Shown piece by piece: positions 13,770-26,215 of a stretch of DNA of 64,000 nucleotides. Every line of letters begins with the position of its first letter. The first letter of the stretch is position 1. The position numbers and the translations under genes are program-made. The DNA is from Camelus dromedarius (lineage: Eukaryota), in the NCBI RefSeq assembly GCF_036321535.1, contig NC_087437.1:73472001-73536000 (forward strand). Direction: 5' to 3'. The notes beneath the pieces were generated by a model, which was not told the origin of the DNA, made no database searches, and was given only the letters and a program-made list of their open reading frames with translations.

Positions 13770-14160
13770 AAAAAAAATTTATTTTGAATAATTTTAGATT
13801 TGCAGAGCAGTGGCAAAGATAGTACAGAAAATTCCTACATACACTTCAACCAGCTTCCCCTAATGTACGTCTTACATAACCATGACACATTTACCAATAC
13901 AAAGAAATTAACACTGGTAAATACTAAGCTGAGTTATCGCATTAACAGTTTTTTTTCTGTTCCATGTTCCAATCCATATAACTATGTTGCATTTAGTTAT
14001 CACGTCTCCTCAATTTCTTCCAAATTGTTTTTCATGACCTTAACACTTCAAGAAGTACCATTTAACTATTTTGTAAAATGTCCCTGAGTTTGTATTTGTC
14101 TGATGTTTTCTTATTATTAGACTGTTTAATGTGACCATATGGCTTTAAGGTTTTTGACCT
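13770..14160 (-). mobile_element. Old L1MB/MC 3' end fragment
   Basis: 'ttttattttgaataattttagatttgcaga..gcaaagatagtacagaaaattcc' is typical of these 3'UTRs. Confidence 0.65.
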
Positions 14161-15464
14161 ATACATTTGAAGTATGTGATGCATATCACAATATAAGTGA
14201 TAGGTTAAGTGAAAGAAGTTGTTTAAAGCAGAAAATATATTTAAATGATACAAAATACCTTACTTATTTTATTTGATTTATGTACCTTCACTTGCCAATA
14301 TTTTAATTGTTGGGCCAAAGTTTTGTATGTTTTATTTTCTGCTTTTAGTACATTCTATTGATTGAATTTCTGAATCCCTTTTATTTCATAAATCACAACT
14401 AGAATTATATTTTATTTAAGATTTTAGTTTCACTGTGCTTAAAATGGAGAGAGAACTTAAAACATTGGAAAAGCAGCTTTTCAAAAATTCTACAATTTCT
14501 TCTGCATTTGACTCACCCTTATCTAATTTGACAGCAATTTTCTTTTTCTTTAAAAAAAATTATATTCATTGAGTCTTTTCAAAGCACTTGGTTTCCATTG
14601 AAAAAAACAAACGACTTTTATTTCATCACACTATATAATATTTATTAAATCACAATTATAATAATGAATAGAAGTAAAATGGTAAGTTTATAGAAAACAC
14701 TTGATAGACACTCTTGATAAACCCCTTTGGTTACCAAACATCGAGAAAGCGGCAGCACTTAGGTGAATTTGAGAGAAGCCCCCTAGCTTCAAGCACTTGG
14801 TGTGTGCATAATACTAGACAGTGTGCTTTGTAGAGCGCATGATGGGTGGTGTTTAGCTCAGAAAACTGGTTGAGAAGAAGCTAGTTAAGGAAGCTGCTGA
14901 TGTGTTGCCAAGTTGCCTTCCAGTAAAGTTGTAACCTACGTATGCTCCCAATTACATAATAGGAAAATTTCTATTTCCCTGCCTTTGGTAACACTAGATA
15001 ATAGTATGTTGAACTTGTATATCAAACTATTATAGAAATATAGAAATAATCTATATTGATAGTAGAAAATTATATCTTGGTGATTGCTAATGAGGTTGAA
15101 TTTTCTTTTTTCTCATTTTGCTTATTGATCATCTGTATTTCTTTATTTGTTTATGATCTTGATGTATTTCTACACAGTTAGGAACCCAGTTCACTGATCT
15201 GCCTTTATTTTAGGGTTTCTAGACTGTGACCTTTTTCAATTATCTGGTAACAGGTGTTCTATTAACTGCTGTATTACTAATCTGGGACTGAAACTATTGC
15301 CTGCCTCTCTCCAATCAATCCCTGTCTGGTGACTCTCAGCATGAACATTGTAAGCATCTCCTTTATTTAAAAAGTTAGATACAAGAACAGAGGGATCATT
15401 CACCAACAGGAGGGGCATTCAGCATGGAGATTAGAAACAACATGTCCGGATAAGCCTTGCTACA

Positions 15465-15990
15465 TGTATTTACATGATCTGCCACTTCTGTCCCTTGCCT
15501 CCCTAATAATATCCACTCCTACGACTCTCCTCTTTGCTGGTCTTTGCAATGTTCTTGGAACACAGTGAGCACATTCCTACCCAGGCCTTTCTGTGGGCTG
15601 CTCCCTCTGCCGGGAACATTCTTTCCCCAGTTATCTGCATGGCCAGCTCCCTTACCTCCTCCAATTCTTTGCTCCAATGCCACCTGTGCACTGGAGTCTA
15701 AGCTAATTACCGTACTTAAAATTGTAACTTGCCACCCAACCACCCTCACCACTTCTGACTCCCTTTCCTTTTCCTTTTTTTTTTTCTGTAGCACCTACAC
15801 ATTTCCTTATTCTGTATCATTTACTTATTTATCTCATATATTGTTTAATTCTGTCTCCCACTGCTAGAATGAAAACTCTACATTAGATGTAGGGATCTTT
15901 GTCTGTTTTGTGTTCTGATATAGTCCAACATTCCAGGGCAGTGCTTGGCATATGGTAGCACTCAATAAATATTTGTTAAATGAATGAATT
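15465..15990 (+). mobile_element. L2a 3' end
   Basis: Ends 'gtgcttggcatatggtagcactcaataaatatttgttaaatgaatgaat'. Confidence 0.85.
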
Positions 15991-16349
15991 AAATTTAAAG
16001 GAAGGACTTCGGATATGCAAAGGAGAGACACAGGAAAGGGAAGTCCTTACTAGGGTGCTGTCTGGAAAACTATGGGTGTTTTATTCTGAGCCTCTTGAAG
16101 ATGTTACTGCCCTCTTTGTTGTCTGTCCCACAGGGGTGACTTTGGATCTTCAAGTCACACAGGTCCGTTATTTGTAACTCTTCAAATGGCTTGGTTCACC
16201 CCCACAAGCCTGTGCTGAGGCTATACAAAAAGACACTCCAAAACTAAAACCTCTCTGGGTTAGAGTTTCCCACACTCCAGTGACAAACCATAACAGTTTT
16301 CACTGGTCTAAGAAATTTCCCTTGGATAATTCTCGACTGCTCGATACTG

Positions 16350-16710
16350 GATGTCTAAGCTCAGGTTCCTATAATAAAATACTAGAGACTATGTGGCTGA
16401 GACACAGACATGTATTTTTCACAATTCTAGAGGCTAGAAAGTCCAAGATCAAGGTGCAGGCAAGGTAGACTTCATTCTGAAGCCTCTTCTCTTGGCTTGT
16501 AGGTGGTTACCATCTTGCTGTGGGCTCACATTCCCTCCTCTTTGCGTGCTTGAAGTTGGGGGGTACAGCAAGCTTCTCTGATGTGTCTTCTTGTAAGGGC
16601 ACTAATTCCACCAAGAGGGCCCTAAAAGCCCCATCTGCAAAAATGATCCTACTGAGGGGCAAGGCTTCAACGTATGAATTTTAGGGCAGCATAAACATTC
16701 AGTTCATTAC
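16350..16710 (-). mobile_element. MLT1 (MaLR) solo LTR
   Basis: 'cacaattctagaggctagaaagtccaagatcaaggtg' ... 'ggcttcaacgtatgaattttagggcagcataaacattcagt'. Confidence 0.85.
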
Positions 16711-17029
16711 CCTGCGTGATCAGGACCCTGAGTTCTGCAGACCCAAATGTGAGAAGTTTTAGGGAATCCATCCCATTCCATTTTTCTGAGCTCACCAGGC
16801 AGATCTTTGGCCTAAGGCAATAATAATCTTTTTTCTCAACCCTTGGAGGAGGAAGCCAGAGAAACTGCTGCAGGCAGAAGCACTGTTGGTTCTCATTTTC
16901 TTTCAATTCACTGAGACTATTATGATTTTTTTAAAGTTTAAGGAATTTTTAAGGGTGTTTTGTTTTAGACAATTCTACTTTTGTTTAGGACACAGAAAGT
17001 CACACACACACACACACACACACACAAGT

Positions 17030-17790
17030 TGCTCCTATACTAACAACAGGAAAAATCCACATAGTCTAAAAGAGACTATCTTTTCTTAAACCATCAGAGA
17101 ACTGAAGTTGCAGGGCAGCTAAGAGAACTTTGAATCCCAAAGAGTGATGAGTCCTTTTGAGGAGGGACAGGACATATGAACTTTTTTAATAACTTCAGCA
17201 GAGCAAGAAGAAGGCAACTTCCTGCCTTCAGGAAAGCAGGCAAGAAGAAATCAGCTAAAATGTCAATGAATTCCTAGAGGCCATGTGTAGGCTAGCATAT
17301 CAGTTTAGGATAACTGTACACAAGGGGAGTTCACAGTCTTTTGCAAACTCTCCACCATGGGCTTACCCTGGATGCTCACAAGAAAGATTGGGGTCAGGGC
17401 AGAAGACCAGATAGAGCCACTCTTGGAGCCTCAGAAACAGTAGAAACTCTGGTTGCCATGGGGATAGAGGCAGGAACACTGAGAAGGCCCCATCCTCAAG
17501 TCCCAGGTGTACAGACTTTGCCAAACTCTAGGGCTGGACTAGGAGAATCAAGAACCACCCCTCAGTCTCCAGCAGGAGCCTGGCACCAAATAACAAGCAA
17601 CAGCCATCTACTGCAGAGGCGGGGCAAGCACTTGGAGAGAAATGGCCTCTGAGGTGCAGGCGTGCAGGGACTGATGAAAGCTGAGGGTAGAACAGGAACA
17701 CTGGGAAAAGCCCTTCCTGTACCTCAAGGCCTCATACTAAGCACGGAGCACCACTGGAGGACGATGAAGACTGGTGCAGGGAGATACTGA
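17030..17790 (+). mobile_element. Old L1M 5' region fragment
   Basis: 'ctcctatactaacaacaggaaaaatcc..ttttcttaaaccatcagagaactga' resembles old L1M 5' ends; purine-rich. Confidence 0.55.
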
Positions 17791-20700
17791 GAGCAAAAAC
17801 GACAGTCAAAGAGGACTTGTGGATGGGTTGTAGAAGGGCTGAGAAAGCACATACCTGATGATACACCTTTTCAAGATTTTCTGCCTCGCAGCTGGCTCAA
17901 GACTTTTGATCTTCAAAACATGTGTTTGAGATTTTTGGTAACTCCACTGTTGGCAACCACGAAGCAGTGAAGGCCCTTCCATAGCGTGGTCCAAGTAGCC
18001 AGATGGTGAATAGGAAAACAGAGGGTGTGGGGAGGAGCAATTAAGTAACGAATTAAGTAATTATTCTGCTGCATTCATCTCTTTGCTCTTCAGATTTACC
18101 AGAAGCTGTACCATTCCATGATTTTATATCAAACTTTAGAGCAGTTATTTGTTCTGCCCACGTGAAGGAAAGAATCTAATTCTGGGAGTCCTATGCCTGC
18201 TCCCACCTGTTGTTATGGTTGCTGTGGTTTGATTAGTACCCACCTCCTGGTCCCTGTACCAACATTCATGCTAGTGCAGCCAGACTAAGTGGCTATGGCC
18301 AGGGTGAATTATAGGAAAATTCATTTATCATTCTTTCCAGGGGGATAATTTTTTTCAAATATTACACACTGGAAAATGTGTACAGGCAATTTGGCTTTAT
18401 GAAATTTCAGCTAAAAAATCAATATAACATAGATGATGTTAAATGTTAAGGTTATTTTTTTAAACAACATTTCCTTAGATTCTCCAGCACATTCCCTAGC
18501 AATTCTTACATGAACTCTATAAACATCAACAAGAGGACATAGCATAGTTGAAGAAACAATTCATTTTTCAAGGTTAAATTTACTTATAACTTCTTCTTAG
18601 GAGGCCTTCTACTGTATCTTCTACAGGTAAACATAACTGCATAGTTAGGAAACACAAACTTAAATATGTTGATTACAATATAATTTCTATCACTTCGTAT
18701 ATGAGGTGCCCCAAATTTCAACTTCAAATTTAAATACAACACATATTCAAAGGAGAAAAAAAAACAGTAACATTTACTCATACTATTCTTTAGAATTTCA
18801 ACTGAAACAATTTTCCCCTGATTACTGAATCAAACTTGGAATTCAAGATTACCTTGAATGTGTTACAGATGTAATTTTTTTAAAAAAAAAAGCAGCCACC
18901 ACCTCAAACAACTGTTTTTATCTAAATATGAGTTAAAAGCAACTGACAATTTTGTTTATAAATTATATAGATTTGTTCTATGAAAAACAGAAAAAAAAGC
19001 CTCAATCTTGATTTTATTTCCTTCATATTCTGGAGGAGCTAGAAAAAAGATAACTAAGCAAGTTAACATTTCTTTTGTTGGTGATGATGGTCCTGAAAAT
19101 AAAGTCAACTGCTGCCTACGTTAGAGTTTTGATGCAAGAATCTGATGATGTGTCAGCATTCCGGGGAACAGTCTGAGGCATGAGACAGGACAACAGGAAA
19201 GCCCAAGGCGTCCATTGCTTCTGAGCTCCAGTCTTCAGATGCAAGCTTTCACCGAGAAGGTGTTGGTGGGGTTGTACACTCTGCCTTTCTTGTGTCCTCC
19301 ACAGGGCAAGGATGGTCTTTTTTATGTCCTTTTTTTTTTTTTTTTCCTATTCTTTGCAAGCCAGCCCTGGGTCTTCTTAAGGTATTTTAATATGTAGAAA
19401 AATACAGCAGGCACTTGGATTGATTTGCTGGAGCCCTCACAGTAGTTCAGAGCTAGCGCTTGCGACAAAGGCTGCTTGCTTCAAGAGTCAGTTTGTTACA
19501 TGCTTTCTGGATTAATAGAACTTCAACTTCATTCCAGTATAATTTGAATGCCTAACAAATTCTGTATAAATTTTTCCTTAGTTTTTTTATAACAATTTTA
19601 TCTTTTTTTTCTGAACACAAGAATAATACATGTTCATTATATAAAACCCAAATGTTCCAGAAATATGTCTCCTATAAGCTTTCCCAAAGACATTAATAGC
19701 TTAGGCCAGTGGACTTTTCATCAACAGTCTGATGATAGTCTATGTTACGGAGAAAGAGAGTACGTATGGACAAATAGAATGCAGTTAGTTTTCTCAATAG
19801 TTACAACAAGATATGTGGCCCTAAAGTTTAATGTATTTCTTCTGAGCTTTTTTACGCCTCATTCTGAGTCTATTCTCTTGTTATAAATTATGATACCACC
19901 ATTTTAACCCAATTTCAAACCAGTGAGCTCCAGGCTCAGCTCAAAGATCCACTGATGCTGTTAGCAGTTGCCCAAAAGAAATGCATTTTGTTTGAATTTA
20001 GTTAAAAATATCTTTACCTTCCAAATGATGAACAAATATATAGGCCAAAAAGAAATTAGAATTGAAAAAGTTTTAGTTTAATTTCCCTCATTTAACATTT
20101 ACTAAAGGTTAATTAAATAATATTTAAGTAAATTATGTTTAAGAATTTTATTTTTCTGCTTCTGTACAGTAACACCTTACCTATCTGGAATTTAGTTAAC
20201 CAGCAACCTCACCCACCCCAACATAGCTTGAAACTAAAAATAAACCAAAATAGATAACATAAACAAAAACTCTTGCTCCGCATTTGTAATAGGCCTTCTC
20301 AGGCCCTCTCTCAAAACTAATTTACCCTTATGTAGCACATATTTTTTACTAAGCTTTACATAGCCTGTGCTTTTAATAAACTTGCTATCTGGCTTATAAC
20401 CCCCTCCTAGGTTGGGAGAGACATTAGTAGAGGGGAGAGGAACTTCTACATTCATACACTGACAACTATGAGAAATAAGAGCTGTGAGATTGAGGGAAGG
20501 AAAAAAGAGTAAAAAAAAAAAAAAATCTATAAGTAACAGACTTCATTATTAAAAAATTTCAGGTTAGGTTTGGAGTAATAGGTCCTTGAATCCAAAGAAT
20601 CACAAAAACCTCCCTTATACACCCAAGGTCTTTGTAGAACAATTCATCAACCTGATTAATTTGACTGCTACCTTACTCTTATTTTGAAGGTAAAATATCT

Positions 20701-20879
20701 TCCAGCCTCTCTCAACCTTCTCAGTAGTAGGTACTATACAGTCCTACTCTAGTCTCTCTGGGTCTGGGAGTAAATTGTCCACATTTTTGACCCTCAAGTC
20801 TCTCCTCAACCGGCACCACTGTTCCTTCACATACCCTCTCACTCACCACCCAGGTTATCCAGCTATTAGTATGATATAT

Positions 20880-21090
20880 ATTCGTATGGTATGTTAGTAG
20901 AAAGGACACTTTTGGTTTAAGCAGATATGGTTTTGAATCCAGCCCCATCATTCACAGCTCTGTAACCTGGGGCAAATTATTTAACTTCTATGAACTCCAG
21001 TTTAACCATCTGTGAAATGAGGATGAGATACGAATATCATAGGGGTGCTATGAAAATTTAATATGAAAATGTCTCAACCAGCATAGAGTA
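20880..21090 (+). mobile_element. MIR SINE
   Basis: Core 'ttgaatccagccc..ctgtaacctggggcaaattatttaacttct..cagttt..catctgtgaaatgagga'. Confidence 0.8.
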
Positions 21091-21159
21091 TAAAACCATT
21101 ACGCCATTATAAACTAGTACCCTCACTCTCCCCTAGTCACTCTAAACTACTGAATTTCT

Positions 21160-21267
21160 TTTTTTTTTTTTTTTTTTTGGACTCCTACAGCTTTTTTTTT
21201 TTGAACAACAATATAACATTTTTTATTGATTTATAATCATTTTACAATGTTGTGTCAGATTCCAGTG
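21160..21267 (-). mobile_element. Tiny young L1 3' end with compound poly(A) tail
   Basis: Matches the 3' terminus of the L1 at 13010-13065; TSD CTGAATTTCT at 21150-21159 and 21268-21277. Confidence 0.88.
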
Positions 21268-22229
21268 CTGAATTTCTGATTATTCCATAACCATGGAAGC
21301 TTTGGCACCTGGCTCACTGGCTTCCTTTCCCCTTCAGTGCCTAACAGCATACAGTCAATATTCCTAGGCCATTGTTACTTCACTGCTTTTCAGCTGCCCA
21401 TTGTCAGGGTTGACTTGTGCCTTGGTATCAGTCAGGACTGTTTTACCTCACTATTTCCTAGGTCTGCTCCACAATCTGAAATTTTAAATTCCAAGTAATG
21501 CTCTTTCTGATTATATTCTCATTGTTCTCCACTCTCATCCTTTGCTTGTATCTGTATTTACTCTCAGAAAGTATAATCTCTGGTCAAATAATTGCTTAAT
21601 TGTCTTCTGATGTATCAACTTGACTTTCTTGCTTTTTTCCCTATCCAGTCTACACCTGGTGATCCAAGACTTCAGACACTCACACAGTACTCTTCTCTCT
21701 TGCCCCTTGTCCTTCCAATGTACCCACTCCAAAAATCCCTGATCTGTGTACAGTCTCGCTTTTCTGCTCATACAAGTCCTTTATCAGATATACTTGTTGC
21801 AAATATTTTCTCTCTATGTCCTGCCTATTCATTTTCTCAAATAGTGTCTTTTGATGAGCAGAAGTTTTAAATTATGAAGTCCAATTATCAAGTTTTTGTG
21901 TGTGGTTAGTGCTTTCTGTGTCCTAAGAAATCTTTGCTTATTCCATAGTAATGAATTTCTCATATATTTTCATTGGAAGTTTAGCTTTTACACTTAGGTC
22001 AGAAATCCATCTCTAATTAATCATTGTACATAGCGTAAAGTAGAGGAAAAGGTCTTTTTTTTCTATATAGATACCTTGTTGTTTTGGCACCATCTGTTGA
22101 AAAACTTCTGCCCCCATTGAATTATTCTGGCACCTGTATGGAAAATCAGTTGATCAAACATGTGCATCTCTTTATGGATGCTCTATTCTATCACATTCAT
22201 CTATTTGCCTATCTTTATGCCCATACCAC

Positions 22230-22690
22230 TGTTAGAAAATACATCTCTATGAATTCCTTGCATTTCTGCATGTCTTGTGAGCAGAAGTACTGATGGCCTG
22301 TGTTCTGGAATATCTTTTTAAGGGTAAGAGATAGTGTCTCCCTCTAGAGTAAAAGGCAGGCTTGTTTATTGTCCATTATAATAAACATAATAAAGGTAAT
22401 GTCTTCCTCCTAGGCAAAAAAGTCAGGTATGCTCACTGCCTATTATAAAAAGATTTGAGTTCCCTAAACTCAGGGTTCCTCTCCTGTAAATGCACTCTAC
22501 TGTGTGTACGGTTATCATCTGACCCTTTTTCTGGCGTCCTGTGGGAACGAGTGCTCAGTGAACTGGCACTAATGCCGCTGATACTTTGGCTATAGCTGTT
22601 GCCATGAGTAATAAAGTCCTTTATCTCTGACTCTGGAGTGTTGTCTTCTGCCAGCATCCTTGAAACTGTGGCAAGCTATAAGGTCCAGCA
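22230..22690 (+). mobile_element. Old ERV(L)-type solo LTR nested in L1
   Basis: Starts TGTT; TATA-like 'tattataaaa' ~22441; 'gagtaataaagtcctttatctctgac' poly(A) region ~22606; interrupts L1 ORF2 sequence. Confidence 0.75.
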
Positions 22691-23980
22691 TGTGCTCTGT
22701 CTTGGCAAATACTCATGTTTCTTTGCAAAGAATGTCTCTTCTCCCTTTGTTGAATGTAGTGTTCTATAAATCAATTAGTTTAAGCTGGTAGCTGTTATTG
22801 TTCAAATTTTCCATGTAGTTACCTTTTCCCTCATTCAGTTGTTCTATCAGTGACTTAAGAAGTTTTAGAATCTCACACTCTAATTTGTCTATTTCTATAT
22901 CATTCCTTTAGTTTTTGCTTCATATATTTTGAATCTCTGTTACTTGGTGCATACACATTAATGATTGTGATGTCTTTTTTAGTGAATTAATCTCTTTTTA
23001 ATTATGATATGTCCCTCTGTATCTATGGTAATGCTTCTTGTCAAAAGTAAAAGAATATCCCATTCTTTTAATGTTGTATCTACTTATTTCAATAATATTT
23101 CCTTTGAAAAGAATATTTTTTATTTTACTTTCTTACTGAGTTTGACAATCTCTGCTTCTTAATGTATATGCTCAGTATTGTTAGTTTTAATATAATTATT
23201 GACACTTTGGTGTTTAAGTCCACCATTCATTTTTCATTTTCTATTTGTCTTGTTCTTTGTTCATCTTCCTCCTTTCCCCCCCTTTTTGGGTAAATTTAGT
23301 ATTTATAAGTATTCCTTTGTATGTCTTCTCTTGGCTTTTCACTATAACTCTTTCTTTGTGTGTGTGTGTGTGTGTGTGTGTGTGGTTTCCTTAGGGTTTA
23401 CTATATGCATCCTTAACTTATCACAGTCTACTCGGAATTAATATAATATCATAGGATACATAATTTAAGAATCTTAGATATTAAACTTGCACTTAGCCCT
23501 TTTCAGATGATTGTGCCATTGCTATTGTCTGTTTTAATTTTACATTTATGATGTTCCCCACAATTCAATTTTATTACTTTTTCTTTTAAAAAGTATACTG
23601 TCTTTGGAAGATATTAAGAAACAAGAACAAAAATGTTATATATTTGCCTAAACATCTACTATTTCTAGTGCTTTTAATTCCTTGGTGTAAGTTTGAGTTT
23701 TTGTCAAGTTTCATTTCATTTCAGCCTAAGGAACTTCCTTTATGATTTCTTGCAGTACAGGTTTGCTTATTTGAAAAAAGTTACTTTAGCTTTTGTTTAC
23801 TTAAATTGTATTTGTTTTGCCTTCATTTTTGAAGGTTTTTTTTTGGGAAAGCATGAAATTCTAGATTGATGATTTTTTCTTTCAATGTTTTCTAGATTCT
23901 ACTCCATTGTCTCTGGTTTATACTGGTTCTAAGGAGACATCAGTGATTATTCTTGCTGCTGGTCCTCTATGTCTTATTTT

Positions 23981-24110
23981 TCTTTTCTTTTTTTAAAAAT
24001 CAAAGTATAGTTGATTTAAAATATTGTATTAGTTTCAGGCATACAGCAAAGTGATTCAGTTTCTTTTCCATTATAGGTTATTACAAAATACTGAATATAG
24101 TTCCTTGTGC
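23981..24110 (-). mobile_element. Short 5'-truncated L1 3' end (cetartiodactyl-type)
   Basis: T-rich tail then 'aagtatagttgattt..aatattgtattagtttcagg..tacagcaaagtgattcagtt'; TSD TGTCTT(A/G)TTTT at 23970-23980 and 24111-24121. Confidence 0.8.
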
Positions 24111-25509
24111 TGTCTTGTTTTCCTTGGTTGCCTCTAATATTTCCTCTTTATCTTTGGTTTTCAGCATTTAGATTATTAGTGTTCTGTTGAGTTTTGGTTT
24201 TGTGGGTTGATTTTTAAATTAAATTTGGAAAAATTTGGTCATAATTTATTTAAATCTTTTTCTGTCCAATCTCTTTTTCTTCTTCTTCTGAACTCTGATT
24301 ACTTAAATGGTAAACTTCTTGATAATCTTCTCACAAAAAAACAGGTCACAGGTTTTTTTGTTTTTTTGTTGTTTTTTTTTTTTTTTTGTCTTTTTCCTCT
24401 GTGTGCTTCAGTTTTTAGTGACCTGTGTTCAAATGTACTGATCTTTTTTCCTGCAAGGTCCAATTTGCTGCTATGACTAGCTGGTGGTTTTTCTCCATTT
24501 TACAAATATTGTAATTTTTGAGGTCTAAGATTAATTTCAGTATTTTTTAGCATTCCCATTTATCGGTTGAGATCCTCCATCTCCCGACTCACTATGTCCA
24601 TGTATTTTCCTTTTAATCTTTGAACATCTATTTATAATACTTGTTTTGAAATCCTTGTTTGGTCATTCTAACATTTTTATAATCTCTCGTTCTGTTTCAG
24701 TTGCTTTTTTTTTGGTGGAGTAGGAGTCATGTGTCACATTTTCCTGCTGCCTCATATGTGTTATTTGATTGCTTGATGTTGTGGAAGATACACGTGGGGA
24801 ATCTTGATTATGTTGTCTTTCTTGAAAGAGTGTTGACCCTTTGAGGGGTGAATTAATTTAGTGGCAACTTTTCTTGCTAAATATTTATTTTTATTTTAGG
24901 CTTTATTAGGATGTATCTAGAGCAACCCTTACTTTAGGATTGGAAAAGCCCTACTTCGAAGCATGGCCTTTCTGAGACCTCAGAATGGCCAGAGTGTTTA
25001 GCAAGGTTTCATTAGTTTGGTTGGTCTTGACTGCAATATCTTTTGTGCTGGGACATCTAAATTCAGTTCATAACTTCCCAATACTTGTTCTTTGTTAGGT
25101 TTAATTACTCTTTTTCTATGCTTGTACAGCTTAGGAAATAGCTAAAGAAGGAAGGGGAACTCTACAAATTTTGGCAGCTCTATCACTACATATCACTACC
25201 CTGCACTCTGGTTCCCTGACTGACTAATTCCAGCCACCTTTGCATTTGTGAACTTTAATCTCTCTTCTCACCAGCAAGATAATTCCTCTCTATGTTGACT
25301 CCACTTATCTGTGCTACAGTTTGGAAAGTGTCTTCAGCCAGAAACCTGGGATGAATGTAAGCTTATGTCATCTATTTCCTTTCTAGGATTACAGCTCTTC
25401 TCTCTCATCTAAAGCCAGAAAAAAATTGCTTCATATATTTTTCTAGTTTAATAAATACTTACAGTAGAGAATATATCCAGCAGCCCTTACTCTGTAATTG
25501 ATCAGGCCA

Positions 25510-26215
25510 GAAATCAGTTCTGTTCTTGTCTCCTGGATTCTATTCTTAACTCCCAGACTTATCCATTTCTTTTTATGCCCACAGCCATTATCTGACTTCC
25601 AGAGTCATCAGGACCTGCATCACCAGTAATCTTGGAGAAGGCACCTAATTTGTCCTTTTACCACTGGTCTCATTTTCCTGCTATAATTCTTCGCATTTCT
25701 GCTGGAATAATCCTTCCAAAATATGAGTCTGATCATCTAAGTCTTCTTAAAGTCTCCAATGGCTAATAGCCTTCATGATAAACATCAAACTCTTAATCCT
25801 GGCATTCAAAATTCTTCATTATCTGGTCTATGCCTACCTCTCTATTATTAAATATCTTCCAGTTCTGCCACCTGCACCCCTTTATTGTGCCAAACCAAAC
25901 TCTGCTGTGTTCATAGAATTCTCTGTGTCCTTTCCTCTTCCCTAGCTGGGTAATTTCTCTTTATGTTTTGGAAATCACCTGTCTTCAGGAAACTTCTCCT
26001 ATCCTTTATCCCAAAGCATACACTCCTGCTTTGAATTAGGTACTTCATTTCTGAGCTCCTACAGTACCTTGTGTTTATCCACAGCACAGTTACTGTAAAG
26101 GTGCTCTATAACTTTTATTTTCTTGTCTGTCTCTCATACTACAGTGTACATTCATCAGAAAGGGAATTTTCCTTTCATCAAAGTACTCAATAATTGTTTA
26201 TTGAAAGAATGAATA
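25510..26215 (+). mobile_element. L2 3' portion
   Basis: 'ctcttaatcctggcattcaaaattcttc' ... 'tactcaataattgtttattgaaagaatgaat'. Confidence 0.7.

Larger units (their letters stand above)
21770..25500 (-). mobile_element. Old L1M element (ORF2 fragments, spacer, ORF1, 5' region), rearranged
   Basis: Typical antisense L1 phrases (ttgcaaatattttctc, tttgatgagcagaagtttt, ttaggtgcatacac-like, ttggaaaaatttggtcataatt); carries nested LTR and a short L1. Confidence 0.8.
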
